Below are positions 24,216 to 36,003 of a DNA stretch of 64,000 nt, one piece after another. The stretch spans positions 5,663,149-5,727,148 of the forward strand of contig MU058213.1 of NCBI GenBank assembly GCA_013265495.1. The letters are read 5' to 3'. The notes under the pieces were generated by a model. That model searched no databases, was not told where the DNA came from, and worked only from the letters and a program-made list of their open reading frames with translations. How positions within the stretch are numbered: the stretch's first letter is position 1; each line of letters starts with the position of its first letter. Origin of the DNA: Vicugna vicugna (lineage: Eukaryota). The position numbers and the translations under genes were made by a program.

Positions 24216-26102
24216 GCACTTTCACAATTTAATACTTGCATTTACCTTATGAACTGGGCATCACTGTGTCCTAACCATGGCATACAGATGCTTGGAAAGG
24301 TGAAATGAGCCTCCTGAGTTCACACAGCCATAGGTGGAAGGACAAGGATTTGCACCCAGGTCTTCTGATTCCCAGTTTAGCCTCTTCCGTCTGCCCACAG
24401 TCCATAGCTACCTGCCTCTGGAGGTTGAGAACTCACTAGCCCAGTGCTTTTCAAACTTCACCAGGTGATGTTGGTGCTGCTGGTCCAAGGACCACACTTT
24501 GAGTGACAGGGATCTGGATGTGACCTTTCTGCTTTGTTGTTTACCTGGTGAAAGGCTTTTAACAGATCACAGTCTCAGGCTGTGGTGCTGCCTTTCAAAT
24601 CTGAGAGTGCCAAGGGATCGCTGGGAAGCTTATTAAACATGCAGCAAGTCCAGACCCACCTGGAGAGCTTCTGGTTGGCTGTGGTCTGTGAAGGGACACA
24701 CATCTCGTGATAAGAGCCCTGAGAAATTCTTATGTGCACTAACGGATTACCCTCAGGGAACGTGGCTCTGTGTGATTGCCCTTGGCCTCAAGTCCCCAGG
24801 AACAGGAAGGCGTGGGTGTGGGGACAGGGAGTGAAGGAAAGAAAGGACATCCGGCTGCTCCTTCAGTCCTCTCAGCAGAGCAGAGGGATGCCCACCATAT
24901 TTTGCTATGGCAATCAGGATTTCCTGTGGTTCTGCAGTTCTCCACGAAAGGAGAATTTGTCCCTCCCTAGACCCTTTCCCATCTCCTCCCATTGTATTCA
25001 GGGAACTTGTCTCTCCTCTCCCACTGCCCTTGGTTGGACAGCCCATTTCTCTCTTTGGCTTGTCCCCAGCAGAGACGGAAAACAGCACACCTCTCACCTC
25101 AAACTGCTCTCCTCCCTCACCCCCTGGGTCTCACTGCCAGGAGTGGGCCCATGGCAGATTTATGCCCCCTGAGTCCCTTATACAACCGCACTCTGAGATT
25201 TCATCTCCCTGGGATACGAAATCCTGGCAATTACTAAGAGCACACTCTGCAGTCTGCCAACAGACTTCTCCACATGATCAGTTTGAGAAAATTAAACTGC
25301 TTCTCTCCTCTTACACACTTAGCTATTCTTGCATGACTTTTTGGCCCTTTAGAACAGCTCTGCTTCTGAGCACCACCCCTCCCGGATTCTCTCAGCTAGA
25401 GAGTAATTCCTCAGCGTTAGTGGCCGCTCGCCATGGCAATTCTAGGTACCTTGACCTGAAAGGTTGTATAAAACACAACGCTACCTTCTCCCCGGGTGCT
25501 CACCCACATGGCTCTGAAGAAGGAAAGAGGCGAGGGACGGGAGGGGTGCTGACAGAGCTCCGGCTGCCCCCGTGGGCTTGAGCTAGGTGCCCTAGAGCAC
25601 TCCCCTCAAGGGAGCGTCCCAGTGAGCCTCTGAAATGGGTAGTATTGCTGGGCAGACTAGGAACCTCAGACTCACAGACGTTTCACAGCTTGAGGATACT
25701 GTTAATAACTGTCCAAGCCCAGCTCGGATTCGGTTTGTCTGACCCGTTTGTTGTAATGTGTGGTTTCCAACAGCTCCTTCCCTCCTTAGTCTTAACCCCA
25801 CTGACCTGACCTTCCTTAGTCTCATCTAGTAGAGTTACAGAGCTGGAAACTAAGATAACTGTACATCAAACTCTTCCTCAGAACTGCAGGGGGTACATCC
25901 TGAAAAGGAGGGAAGGGCTCTAGGACCTATACTTCGTTTTTAACTCAGTGCCTCCTATGTGTCTTCGCAGTACCAGGCACCACTGAGAGATATCAGAAAA
26001 TATCTGCGTTGTGGCTTCTGGCATAAAGAAACTCCAGGCAGGACCTAATTAGGAAAACAAGTTTCATTAATTTTACTAATGATGCGCTCCATCCCTCCAT
26101 CC

Positions 26103-26270
26103 CAGGGCTTCTCTCACTTGAGCGTGCACACGAATCATCTGAAAATCGTGTTAAAAAGCAGGTTCTGCTTCAGTAGGTAGAGATGGAGCCTGACGGTCTA
26201 CAGTTCTAACAAGCTCCCAGGTGCTGCTGATGCCGCTGGTCCCCAGACCGCACTTTAACAGTGAGGGTCT
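26103..26270. mobile_element. MER5-like hAT-Charlie MITE (similar copies near 24442, 34643, 57352, 60578)
   Basis: TTCTAACAAGCTCCCAGGTG...GCTGATGC...GCTGGTCC...ACCGCACTTT signature. Confidence 0.75.
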
Positions 26271-26523
26271 GGTTATTGCATGGCAGAGGAAGTCTAAGAA
26301 GGACATCAGTTCAGGTTGCTGCTGTTGGCTCTGTGCTGCAACAGGCTTTGGGGAGGCCAAGAGGCATTCCTAGAGAGCCAGGCAGTGGGCAAAGCAGTAT
26401 GTAGGCAGAATCCAACGACTTCTGCTTCAGCCAGTCCTGAACCCAAATCTTGACTTCACTGTCACCACCTATGTAGGCTCAGACAATACTGGTCCTACGG
26501 CAGGACATAAAAAGTGATTGCCA

Positions 26524-26634
26524 GAGGGTGGGCATAGCTCAATAGTAGAGCGCACACTTAGCATGCATGAGGTCCTGGGTTTAATCCCCAGTAACTCCAT
26601 TAAAGTGAATAAATAAGTAAATTTTTTAATTAAA
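26524..26634 (+). mobile_element. tRNA-derived SINE, Vic-1-like (camelid)
   Basis: A-box ATAGCTCAATAGTAG, B-box GGTTTAATCCC and an A/T-rich tail. TSD AAAAAGTGATTG at 26509-26520 and 26635-26646. Family name from memory. Confidence 0.85.
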
Positions 26635-26699
26635 AAAAAGTGATTGGCTAACTGGAATGAGATGCTTGATTTCCACGGGAATCAAAGAAATACAAAACA

Positions 26700-27480
26700 A
26701 AAATCAATGAAATGATCACTGGTCACCCACTAGTTTGGCAGAAATTAAAAGATGGATAACAACCAGAGCTGGCAAAGGTGTGAAGAAATGGGCATTCTCA
26801 TAAAATGTTCATTGGCGTATAAATTACAGAGCTTCTGCGGGGGAGTTTCATTCAACAGCTAACATTTAATGAGCACCTATCTTATGCCAGACTGCTGTGG
26901 GCACCAGGAATCCAGCAGTGAACAGAGCAGACAAAGCCCTTGGTCTCAGGGAGCTTATAGTATCAAATTTTGAAATATGCATAATCTTGCCCCAGAATTT
27001 TATGCTAGGTGTCTATCCTAGGGAAATGCTCAAAATGTCCACAAAGCATATATATGTACAAAAATGTCTGCTGCAGGACTGTTTGTAAACACTAAACCAC
27101 TGGGGGAAATCTCAATGTCCTGCAATAGGAAAACGGCTGAAGGCACTGCAATGTCGTGCAGCCAGTGAAAGAGGAACTAGATTTACATGTACTGACATGA
27201 ACAGGTCTCCAAGTACCTTATTGGATGACAAGGACATTTTTCAGAAAAATACATACAACAATCTTTATGTTTGCATATGAACATCCATATATGTGTAAAC
27301 ATGCAGAAAGTGGTCTGGAAGGACAGACAGAAAGCAAACCATGAAAGCAGGGAGGGGAGTGATATCAGTGAAAGGTGACGGAGAAGAGGATCTAATATTC
27401 AACTTCATGTATTTCTTTACTATTTGAATTTTTCAAGAATGCATTTATAACTACTCATAATACTCTTAACTTAATTTAAA
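26700..27480 (+). mobile_element. Old L1 (L1M-type) ORF2 end and 3' UTR, interrupted by an L2 3'-end fragment (about 26848-26962, - strand)
   Basis: Degenerate L1 motifs (GGCAAAGGTGTGAAGAAATGGGCATTCTCA). L2 motif TTCATTCAACA...ATTTAATGAGCACCTA...CAGCAGTGAACA. Confidence 0.6.
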
Positions 27481-28214
27481 AAGTTTGATTTAGTAAAGAC
27501 TTGACCGTAGAACGCAATTTGAAGAGGGAAGAAAAAAAGCTATCAACTACAATTCTCTGTGACTACTGCTATTTTTTTCCCTAATAGATGCAGTTGAAGG
27601 TGGTAACACAAAACAGCATCTCAGGCCAAACTAATGACCAAAGCATTCTAGCCATGGGTCTCCAACAGAGACCCAAAACACATAGTGATGTCCTCTTTGG
27701 CTGGAGAACCATGTAAGAGGAAGGGGCAGGGCTTACAGGGCTGAGCCAGGAAGATGCTGGTGACAGTGGCTTCATGTCCAGGGACCTTTAAGAAGGGCAT
27801 TGACAAACTGGAGTATATCCAAAGAAGGAAGGCTGGGAGGAGCAGTTGAAGAAAATGCAAATGTTTGAATGTTTGCAGTGGAGACAGGGCATTGCAGTGA
27901 AAGAAACAACAGTTCCCCTCCAAGTCTTTGATGAGCTATATAAAGGAGAACAAAGCAGGACTGCCCCGAGGACTCTTCAGTTCTTACAGAACTGAAATCA
28001 CACATGCAGAGCTCCGGGAAGCCTTGCGCTGATTACTTTCACTGACTTGGGTTTTGTTTTCCTCTGAAGTTATGGAAATATTTGCGATCGTAAGAATCTA
28101 ATTTAAAAAAAATAGCATGTGTTACATAAATTTGAGTATTTGACAAAGGATGAAACACTTCAATAAGCTCCATCTAAAACTTAGTGCTGTGTTTGCTTGA
28201 TGTTTCTTATTCAG

Positions 28215-28326
28215 AATGACGTTTTGCTCGGAAAACATGAATGATCCACAACTTCACCCAGCCCAGGAGAAAACCTTTGTGAGATGTGAAGCAAACTCTA
28301 AAAAACTGAAGCAAAAGATCAGATGA
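28215..28326 (+). CDS. LIPC: Hepatic lipase exon 9 coding part (MTFCSENM...KKLKQKIR*)
   Basis: Acceptor CAG at 28212-28214; 1 nt plus 37 codons ending in TGA at 28324-28326. Basic C-terminus typical of hepatic lipase. Confidence 0.97.
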
Positions 28327-31040
28327 GCTTTAACGAAGACCCAGTGTGAAGAAGAAATGATTTCATTCCTCATCTGGAATGGTTGTCTTGTTTGGAAATC
28401 AAAGTTATACAAAGAATTTTGCAAAAAGCCTAGAGTTTAGATTTAAAGGAGAGTACACATCACTATTATAAACCGAGCTTTTTAAAACAATGTTATATAA
28501 CTCTATTCAAATATTAGTGTAACCAAAAAAAAACCTCCCAATTTTATGTCTGATTAAATGGTAATATATGCAAATAAGTACAAATGTGAGAGCCATTTTA
28601 GATCTGTTGTTCTAATTTAAAATGGCTTTTACAATTAAGTCAGATTTCCCATAATTCCTTGCTAGTTTGTTCTGATCATGCTGGAAAAATACTTTATTAC
28701 ATAACTTGCATTTCCATAAAGTGAGATTTCAATTAATCACAGCTGTGTGTCCCAAAGCACACACCCTTTAAGACAATTCAGCTCACCGAAGGAAGGAAAA
28801 AGTCTGCTTACACTAACAGATGCCATCATAAAAATCATACAATTATTTCACCAAACCAAACTAATAGTAGAATTCTCCCAAAACCACTAATGGTAACCAC
28901 AAAAGCCGCATAGTTGGTCATGTTAATAATCAAATTACTATTTAAGTGCAATTTTCCTCTTTTACTAATGCTTGCCACAAAAGCTAATGGAAAACTTGGG
29001 AAATCTCAAAACTTAGATATCAAGTCTCAAACTGTCCAATAAGTGAAATAATGATGTTTTGACCAGCAAACTCCATTGCAGAGCATGTAAGGAAATACTA
29101 GATATGGTCATCACTTACATCTGTGTTTCAAGTAATTCAGAGAGGAGGAGCACGCTATGCACACTCAACAAACTCACTTGACATGCACACAAGCTCAGCT
29201 CTACACAGCTCCTAATTCTCATCTTCTTCACCTGAGCAGAGGTCGTGGAAACAAAAATATTGAAGAGATGTCTGCCTCTGACGTAATCAATTTAAGATCA
29301 TCTTGCATGATTCACTTTCACTTCCCTTGGAAAGACCCACAACACTGAAGGATATGGGGGAGGGGGAGGAAGGACAACTGGGTCAATGTTGTGCTGTGTC
29401 CTGGATGCTCATCTTGCCTGCAAAAGTATCTGACCACACTTTCAGGTATTGTGTATGTGTGTCTATAAATTAGACATTAAAATGAACAGTATTTCCCATT
29501 ACATCTAAAATACTAAGATTTACAATAAAACCATGTTTGTGTCAGATTGGCATGTTTGATCATTATCCAGAAGGAATTTAAAATATCACTTTTTAAAAAT
29601 ACTCTTTGCTTCTATGCCCTTATGGAATCTATGCACGTATTGAAGAATATTCCTATCAGCCTTGAAACCATCACAAGGAGAAACAGCTCAAATATCCAGC
29701 CGTACAATGCATAAGTGAACTGTGATATATTCTTATGAAAGGTTGTTAAACAGAGACTTAAAAAAAAATAAAAAGATGAACCAAAGCCACACACGCAACA
29801 AGAATAGTGCTGAGTCCAGAGTGAGACAGCGAGGCATCCTAGGGGCAGAACTGAAGGTGGCATTCCTGGATTGTGCACTTGCACAAAGACACAAAATGTA
29901 TGTGTGGTATGATGCAAGGAAAACTAAGTTATACTGTGAGGGGTGGATAAATAGGTGGTAAAATCCTAAGTAATGAGATCCCTAGCAGAATAGTGAGGTT
30001 GTGGGAATCCAGGAAGCAGGAAGTGCACACCAGCGGTCCAGACGCCAGCAACATCGTACTTGTCACTCCGGGTGGTGCTTCCACAGGTGTTCATTTTTAT
30101 AACCATTCCTTAAACTGTACATATTTGATGCACTCACTTTTAGTATGAATGTCACATTTCACAATACAAAAAAAAAAAAGAAAATCAAGGTCAGAGTTAA
30201 AACCAGCGTATTTCCATAGTGTGATGCATTCCAATATTAATAGGGTTCCACACAAAATATAATTAGAAATTATTTCATCTTCAGTAGGAAAACTTGAAGT
30301 GACACAGGACGTCATAGCATCTGGGGCAGAGAAATCAACATGCAACCCACATGACAAATGGTTAACGGGAACATCTGAGACTCCTCTTGGCATGGATTAT
30401 TTTCATTTGGGAAGATGTGTTCATGACATCACGTTTTTCTGAAGTTCATCTTAGGAGGGAAGTCAAATAGGGAAACTGAATAATGCAGCCACATCTGTTC
30501 ATTGCACATGCAAAATGCTGGCTGGTATGCTGATTATACACACCTCTCTGCAAAGACTCTGTATTTATGAGCCCACTCGGGAAAGATAACACCGGCAGCT
30601 TGCCTTTCAGGCAAAAGCCTGTTTGTGCTTTTACTTGTAAGCGAGCACAAGGAAAAGAAACGGAGCTTCGATTACACCGCAGCTGGGCTCTTTGAGGGGC
30701 CCGAAGTCACAGAGAAGGAAACAAGCACTCTATTCAACACTAAAATGAATGCACTCTCCTCCAGAGCGAAGCTGGCTATCCTCAGCGTTCACCTTGTTAA
30801 TGCTGCCGCAAACGTAAGCTTTGGTACCAGTTACACATCTCTGGGGTGGCCAAGCGAGTGCAATGCCCGTTCTACCACAGAGCCCGAAAAGTCATGTGGA
30901 TGGGAAATAGACAAGCCGGAGGAAGGCTGAAGAAGGCGATCCCAAGAGTCACCATCTACCTGCTCACCGTATCTCACACCACACACTTTTCCTTGACTCC
31001 TGATGTGATGAACGACACTCCCAACACATCTCATTCCTTC

Positions 31041-31612
31041 TACTGGGGCAGGCTGCCCCCAAATATGCCACAGAGGCATACTGATTGTTCTGAATTAAAG
31101 TTGCTGAAGAAACAGCCAGTGCAAGAGAGATACTCTGCCCCGCCTTCCTGTCTCTCTTAAAACAAGAAATAACTGACTCTCCTTTCTGACTCCCTGAAGG
31201 CAGGAAATAAATCTCTCCTGTGAAAGGTACACTCACTGACCTGGAGGCAGTAGGACATCCTGATTCCCAGTGAAAGGGAACTGGGGCTGAGAAGCCCATA
31301 TAAACAAACCTTGTTACTTCTTTAACTTACTGCCCCAAGCCCAAATTCTGTTTAGATTCTTCGCTGATTGAGCACCCAAAATCTCTTTGTCCTGTCAATT
31401 CCTCACAAACATGTTGTCTCTTTATCTAAAAAGTATAAAAGCTGCCTGCTTTTATACTTTAGGCCATTTCGTAGGTCCTATTTCTACAAGATCTCCGTGC
31501 ACATGCATTGAATTTTTTTCTCCTATTAATCTGTTGTGTGTCGACCTTGTTACTAGTCCAGCCACAAGAACTGCAGATGGTTTGGGGCGGGGAGGAGTTC
31601 CCCCTCCCGACA
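31041..31612 (+). mobile_element. Solo ERV1 LTR (MER34/LTR39-like), 572 bp
   Basis: 4-bp TSD CTTC at 31037-31040 and 31613-31616. Starts TA (probably a mutated TG) and ends CA. Contains CCCAAATATGCCAC...GGCATA and a TATAAAA near 31435. Confidence 0.8.
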
Positions 31613-32779
31613 CTTCCCATCTCTGCCTTTCCTTATACCTTCTTCCCCTTTGTCTTTCCCCCAGAGTTTCCCTGCCAGACAGCACCTCACTTCACCGGTG
31701 ACTTCCCAGCTCAGCCCAGCCCCCAGGGATCTCTCTCCCCTGAACGCCTGGCTGTAAGGCAAACGGTTCACCAGGCCCTTGGTTATTGGCGCCCTGCTGA
31801 CTTCCCTCCTCCCTCCGCTCCTCCTCCCCTCCTCTCTGCTCCTGGCCCTCTACTCAGCCTGCCTAGGCTGGCTGCGCTCCTCAGGTCCAGGCCTCCTTCT
31901 CTGCTCACTCAGTTGGGGCCAGCTCCCCACTCCTGGGGCCTCATTTATGACCCGTGCAGGCTCAACGACACATTAGAGCTGCAGTGTGGGCCCCTGAGCA
32001 GCATGCACTCCCCACTCCCAGCGGTTCCCCCTTCGCTGCCTCACAAGCTCAGTGTTCAAGGCTGAGCCCAGTGGCCTCCCTGCTGTCCTCCCACACAACC
32101 TGCCCCTCCCTGCGCTGCCTGTTCTGTGTCTCAGTGAATGTCATCACCAACCCCTCAAGTTGCTGACACCAGACACCACTGACAGGCCATCTATAGTGTT
32201 TCCTCCTCTTTGGCCCCTCACAACCGTACAATCACCAAATCCTATGAATTCTACCCGTATTTCCTGAATCTCTCCAGCTCCATCTCTCTGCCTCCACTGC
32301 CATCATCTGAGCCCAAGCCACCACGCTCTTACCTGGATGTTTGCCACGACTCTGCAGCTCTTCCCGCGGCATCCACATCCACTCCTCTTTCAATCCATTC
32401 TCATCATGGCAGCCAGAGTGATCATAAAAGAATGTTTTGTTTTTTTTCACATTTTGTGCAGGACAAAAGCTTTCCAGGTAATATCCTAATATGTGATACA
32501 TTTAAGAACCATGGGCCCAGACACCTGGGCCATCCTGCAGTTCCCTGAAAGGTACAAAGCTCTTCTCTCTCTGGCCCTGTTGCTTACACCTTCTCCTCTT
32601 CTCCCAGCTTCTTCCCATGCTTCCAGTCCCAATTTAGGTGTTATTGCTTCAGGGGTAATTTAACAAAGATTATCCCACCCAAATGTCTATCAATTCCCCC
32701 GCTATACACATGCTTAACATCTCTTACTTCTGGTAAAATTATTTGTGCCCATGCAGTGTGGAACCATACTGGAACAAAA

Positions 32780-32976
32780 CAAAAAATCAGTAACACTGAT
32801 GCTGTTTTTATATAAAAATATTGATATATTATTTATCATAGATTTCTGCATTGATTTTGATTTTTTAAATATTGCATTAAAATATTATCTTGATAGCTGT
32901 TTTTGGAGCTACCTTAAATTGTACAACCAAGGCAAGTGCCTCAGTCCCCAAACCCTCAGTCCCCAAACCCTAGTCC
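32780..32976 (-). mobile_element. MER96B-like hAT element end, with a 15-bp tandem duplication (32939-32968)
   Basis: ATTGCATTAAAATATTATCTTGA...CCTTAAATT...GGCAAGTGCCTCA...CCCTAGTCC; CCTCAGTCCCCAAAC x2. Confidence 0.6.
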
Positions 32977-32996
32977 ACAATTTGTGGGACTATTTA

Positions 32997-34102
32997 TTTA
33001 TATTTTCCAACTCTTTGCTAAAAACTTCACTCTGTGCATCTATACTCCTCTTGAGTTCTCTGAACATTTTTGCCACCATTACTTTAAACTCTTTTTTAGA
33101 TAAATTGTCTAACTCCTCATCACTTATTTCTCCTGGGATTTTATCTTGTGCCTTGGCCTTGTGCCTGTCTATCTCTGTGTTTGTGGATTCCTTCCACAGG
33201 CTTTGGGATTGTTGTTTTCTTACTTCTGATACCTGCCTCTGGTCGACGAGGCTGGACTAGAGGCTTATGCAGGTTTCCTGGCAGGAAGAGCTGCTGCCTG
33301 CCCACTACTGGGTGAAGCTTGGTCCTGGATCTCTGGTAGGTAGGGCTGTGTCTAGAGGCCTTTGTGGCTCAGGAAGTCTGCTGATGGGTAGGGCTGTGTT
33401 CCCACTCTGTATGTTTGGCCTGAGGCTTCCCTACAGGCTGTTGGGTGGGACTGGGTCTTAGTGCTAAGGACCCAATCAAGATGTCAGCCTCTACGGAAGC
33501 TCATACAGCTAAACATATCCGGAATGTCCGCCACCAGGTTTAAGCCCCCTGGCTGAGCTGCAGCTGTGTCTTCCCCCCGACCCCGTCCCCAGGATACCTT
33601 CCAAAACCAGCAGGCAGGTCTGGCCCAGGTTCCTATGAAATCACTGCCTCTGTCCTTGGACCTGGTGCACTTGAGGTTCTGTGTGCACTTCCCAACTGAA
33701 TGAAGTCTCCGTTTCCCCCAGTCCCGTGAGGCTCCCAGAGCCAAGCCCCCTGGCCTTCAAAACCAGATGTCCTGAGGTGTCCTCCTCCCAATGCCGGAAC
33801 CTTGAGCTGAGGAGCCTGAAGCGGGCCTCAGAACTCACTCCTGTGGGAAGGCCTCTGCCAGGTAACTCTTCTTCAGCTTGTGGGTCGCCCACGGGGGGAT
33901 GGGGCCCAATTATATCGCGAGCACGCCCCCTCCTAGTGTCCTGCTGTGGTTCCTCTTTATATGTCCAGTTGCAGAACATCTTTTTTTGCTAGGTTCCAGT
34001 CTTTTTTTCCGTGGTTGTTCAGCAATCAGCTGTGGTTTTGTTGTAGTCGCGAGGAGCAGCGAGCTCCTGCTCCTAGCGCTCCGCCATCTTGGCCGGAACT
34101 CC
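32997..34102 (-). mobile_element. L1 5' UTR plus start of ORF1 only (3'-truncated), TSD-flanked
   Basis: Starts with the CAAGATGGCGG YY1 motif (34091-34081) and ends in ORF1-like ...GCAAAGAGTTGGAAAATATAAA. Flanked by GTGGGACTATTTA (32984-32996) and GCGGGACTATTTA (34103-34115). Confidence 0.8.
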
Positions 34103-34159
34103 GCGGGACTATTTAACGTCCGCGGGACTATTTAACGTCCGCGGGACTATTTAACGTCC
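34100..34159. repeat. Perfect 19-bp tandem repeat TCCGCGGGACTATTTAACG x3 (plus TCC)
   Basis: Units at 34100-34118, 34119-34137 and 34138-34156. Confidence 0.97.
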
Positions 34160-35977
34160 ACTGGCCGCACTGCGCGTGCAGCGCTGTGAAGCCAGGGAGC
34201 TTCTAGCTGCTCACTGCTTTATCCTAAGCACCCAGCCCACTGCGGCAGATTTGGCATCCCGTAAATATGTGTTGAATTAGCAAGTAACAGTCATCTTTTC
34301 ACACGTATGTCTTCTCTCTCCAATTAGATTATAAGCTCCAACTACTGGATCTGTTCAAGATCGAGTTCACAGCTTCCTCATTCCGTGCGAAAACAGCCAG
34401 GTTTCTGTCGGGGTTGGCTTCCCTTCCCCTCCAAGGGCACCCCTCAGCCTTTCCCGCCGTCTAGCGTCCTCTCTTCCTGGTTTGGCATCTGTTTCCATTT
34501 TCATTAAAAGCCTTTGTGTTCCTTGACTATATTTTTGCTTTTCAAATTAGGCCTATCACAAGAAGGGCTTGCTAGAGGCTTAGAGCTATCTATCCTCGTG
34601 CCAAATAAGTTAGTTGGGGGTGAACGTGGGGGGTCATCCAGAGCAGTGCTTCTCAAACTGTGCACAGGGGCCTTGTCAAGTGCCATTTTGACCCAGGAGG
34701 TCCTCCGTGGGGCCCGACAGCCTGCATTTCTGGCAAGCTCCCAGGTGATGGCATTGCTGGTGCCACCACTGCTGGTCCCCAGGCCATGCTGTGAGGAGCA
34801 TGGATGGAGGTCAGTGTTTCCCACCCTTCTCTGATGACATGCATCACCTGAGCCCTAATGAAAATACAGCTTTCCAGACCCATCCCCTGGAGATTCTCAT
34901 TCAGTGGGTCAAGGACAGATCCTAGAGATTTTTTTACTTTTCACAAGTACCCTGGGTAAATCTCATCAAAAAATTTGGCATGACACTGACCTGGAACAAA
35001 ACCTTCCTCTCAAGGGAACATCACACCTGTGGCCGAGGACCTTCAGTGAAGGGAGGTCCCTACCTTTGCAGAGAGGAATCTGCCAGGGTATAACCTCCCC
35101 TCCTTAGTTTCTTGTTGGACACCCCAGAGACCAAATTCAGGCCTCAAACAGCTGAAGACAGTCTGGATGAGACTATGAGCTCCTTGAGGGAAGAAGTAAT
35201 GTGTTCTTGGGTTTTGTTCATTTTAAATTTCTCATTTTTGAGATGTTTTACAAAAGTGTCAACACAACATGTGAAACAATGCAAAGATGTGTAAAGAGAA
35301 AGCTAGTCATCTCCCTGCATCCTCCTCCCACACAATCCCAGTGAGCTCCAGAGAGGATGGTAACAGCTGCTACATTATTCCTTCAAACATCCACAAGCAT
35401 TTATACACACTCAGGGCTTTGTTTGTTTGTGGTTTTCACCAAAGTAGAATCACACTATATAGATTCCTCTGCAACTTAGTTCGTGATATGTCATTAATAT
35501 CCCTGTAAGTCAGGAGAGTTGGATCCTTTTTCTAATTTCTGTAGAACTAGAATTAAACCTGCTGGAGGGGTTAGTGCAGTATTTTCCCTACTTGGGCCAG
35601 TGCCTGGTCTCCTGACCCACATAAACAACTAGGGGTGTCACTGAAATTTTTCTACAGTCATACACCTGAACATATATACACATTCTCATATAGAGGAAAG
35701 TTGTCACTATTTCACAAAAATGTAGTTATATTATACATTCTTTTTAGCAAACTGATTTTCTTACTCAACGGTACCTCCTGAAATCTTTCCATGTCAATTA
35801 GTATAGCTCTCAATATTTTTAATGACTGCATAATATTCTACATTGTAGAGGTGTCTTGAAATATTCAATTAATCTCATAGTGATGTACCTTTACTTTGCT
35901 TCCAACTTTTTGGCTCTCTGAAAAAGGCTGCATTTAATGTGTGTGTATATATATCTCTATATAATGTGTGTATAGAT

Positions 35978-36003
35978 ACACACACACACACACACACACA
36001 CAC
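35978..36003. repeat. (AC)13 microsatellite
   Basis: Seen directly. Confidence 0.95.

Noticed and set aside
23672..24232. 186-aa hydrophobic ORF on the + strand
   Set aside because: It is the antisense reading of L1 ORF2, a familiar artefact.
24907..25581. Longest ORF in the track (224 aa)
   Set aside because: Intronic in LIPC, Ser/Pro/Leu-rich, with no recognisable domain or exon structure. Consistent with a chance ORF.
26524..26600. tRNA-Ala-like sequence
   Set aside because: Degenerate stems, an A-rich tail and TSDs identify it as a SINE rather than a tRNA gene.
398..28326. Possibility that LIPC is a pseudogene
   Set aside because: All eight visible exons have GT-AG sites and compatible phases, length differences are multiples of 3, there are no internal stops, and the catalytic triad and lid cysteines are intact. 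Exon 1 is outside the window.
31508..32065. 185-aa Pro/Leu-rich ORF
   Set aside because: Starts at a non-ATG codon inside the LTR and runs through C-rich low-complexity or L2-like sequence.
34100..34159. Short perfect repeats suggestive of a CRISPR array
   Set aside because: The units are head-to-tail with no spacers, there are no cas genes, and the DNA is mammalian. It is a minisatellite.
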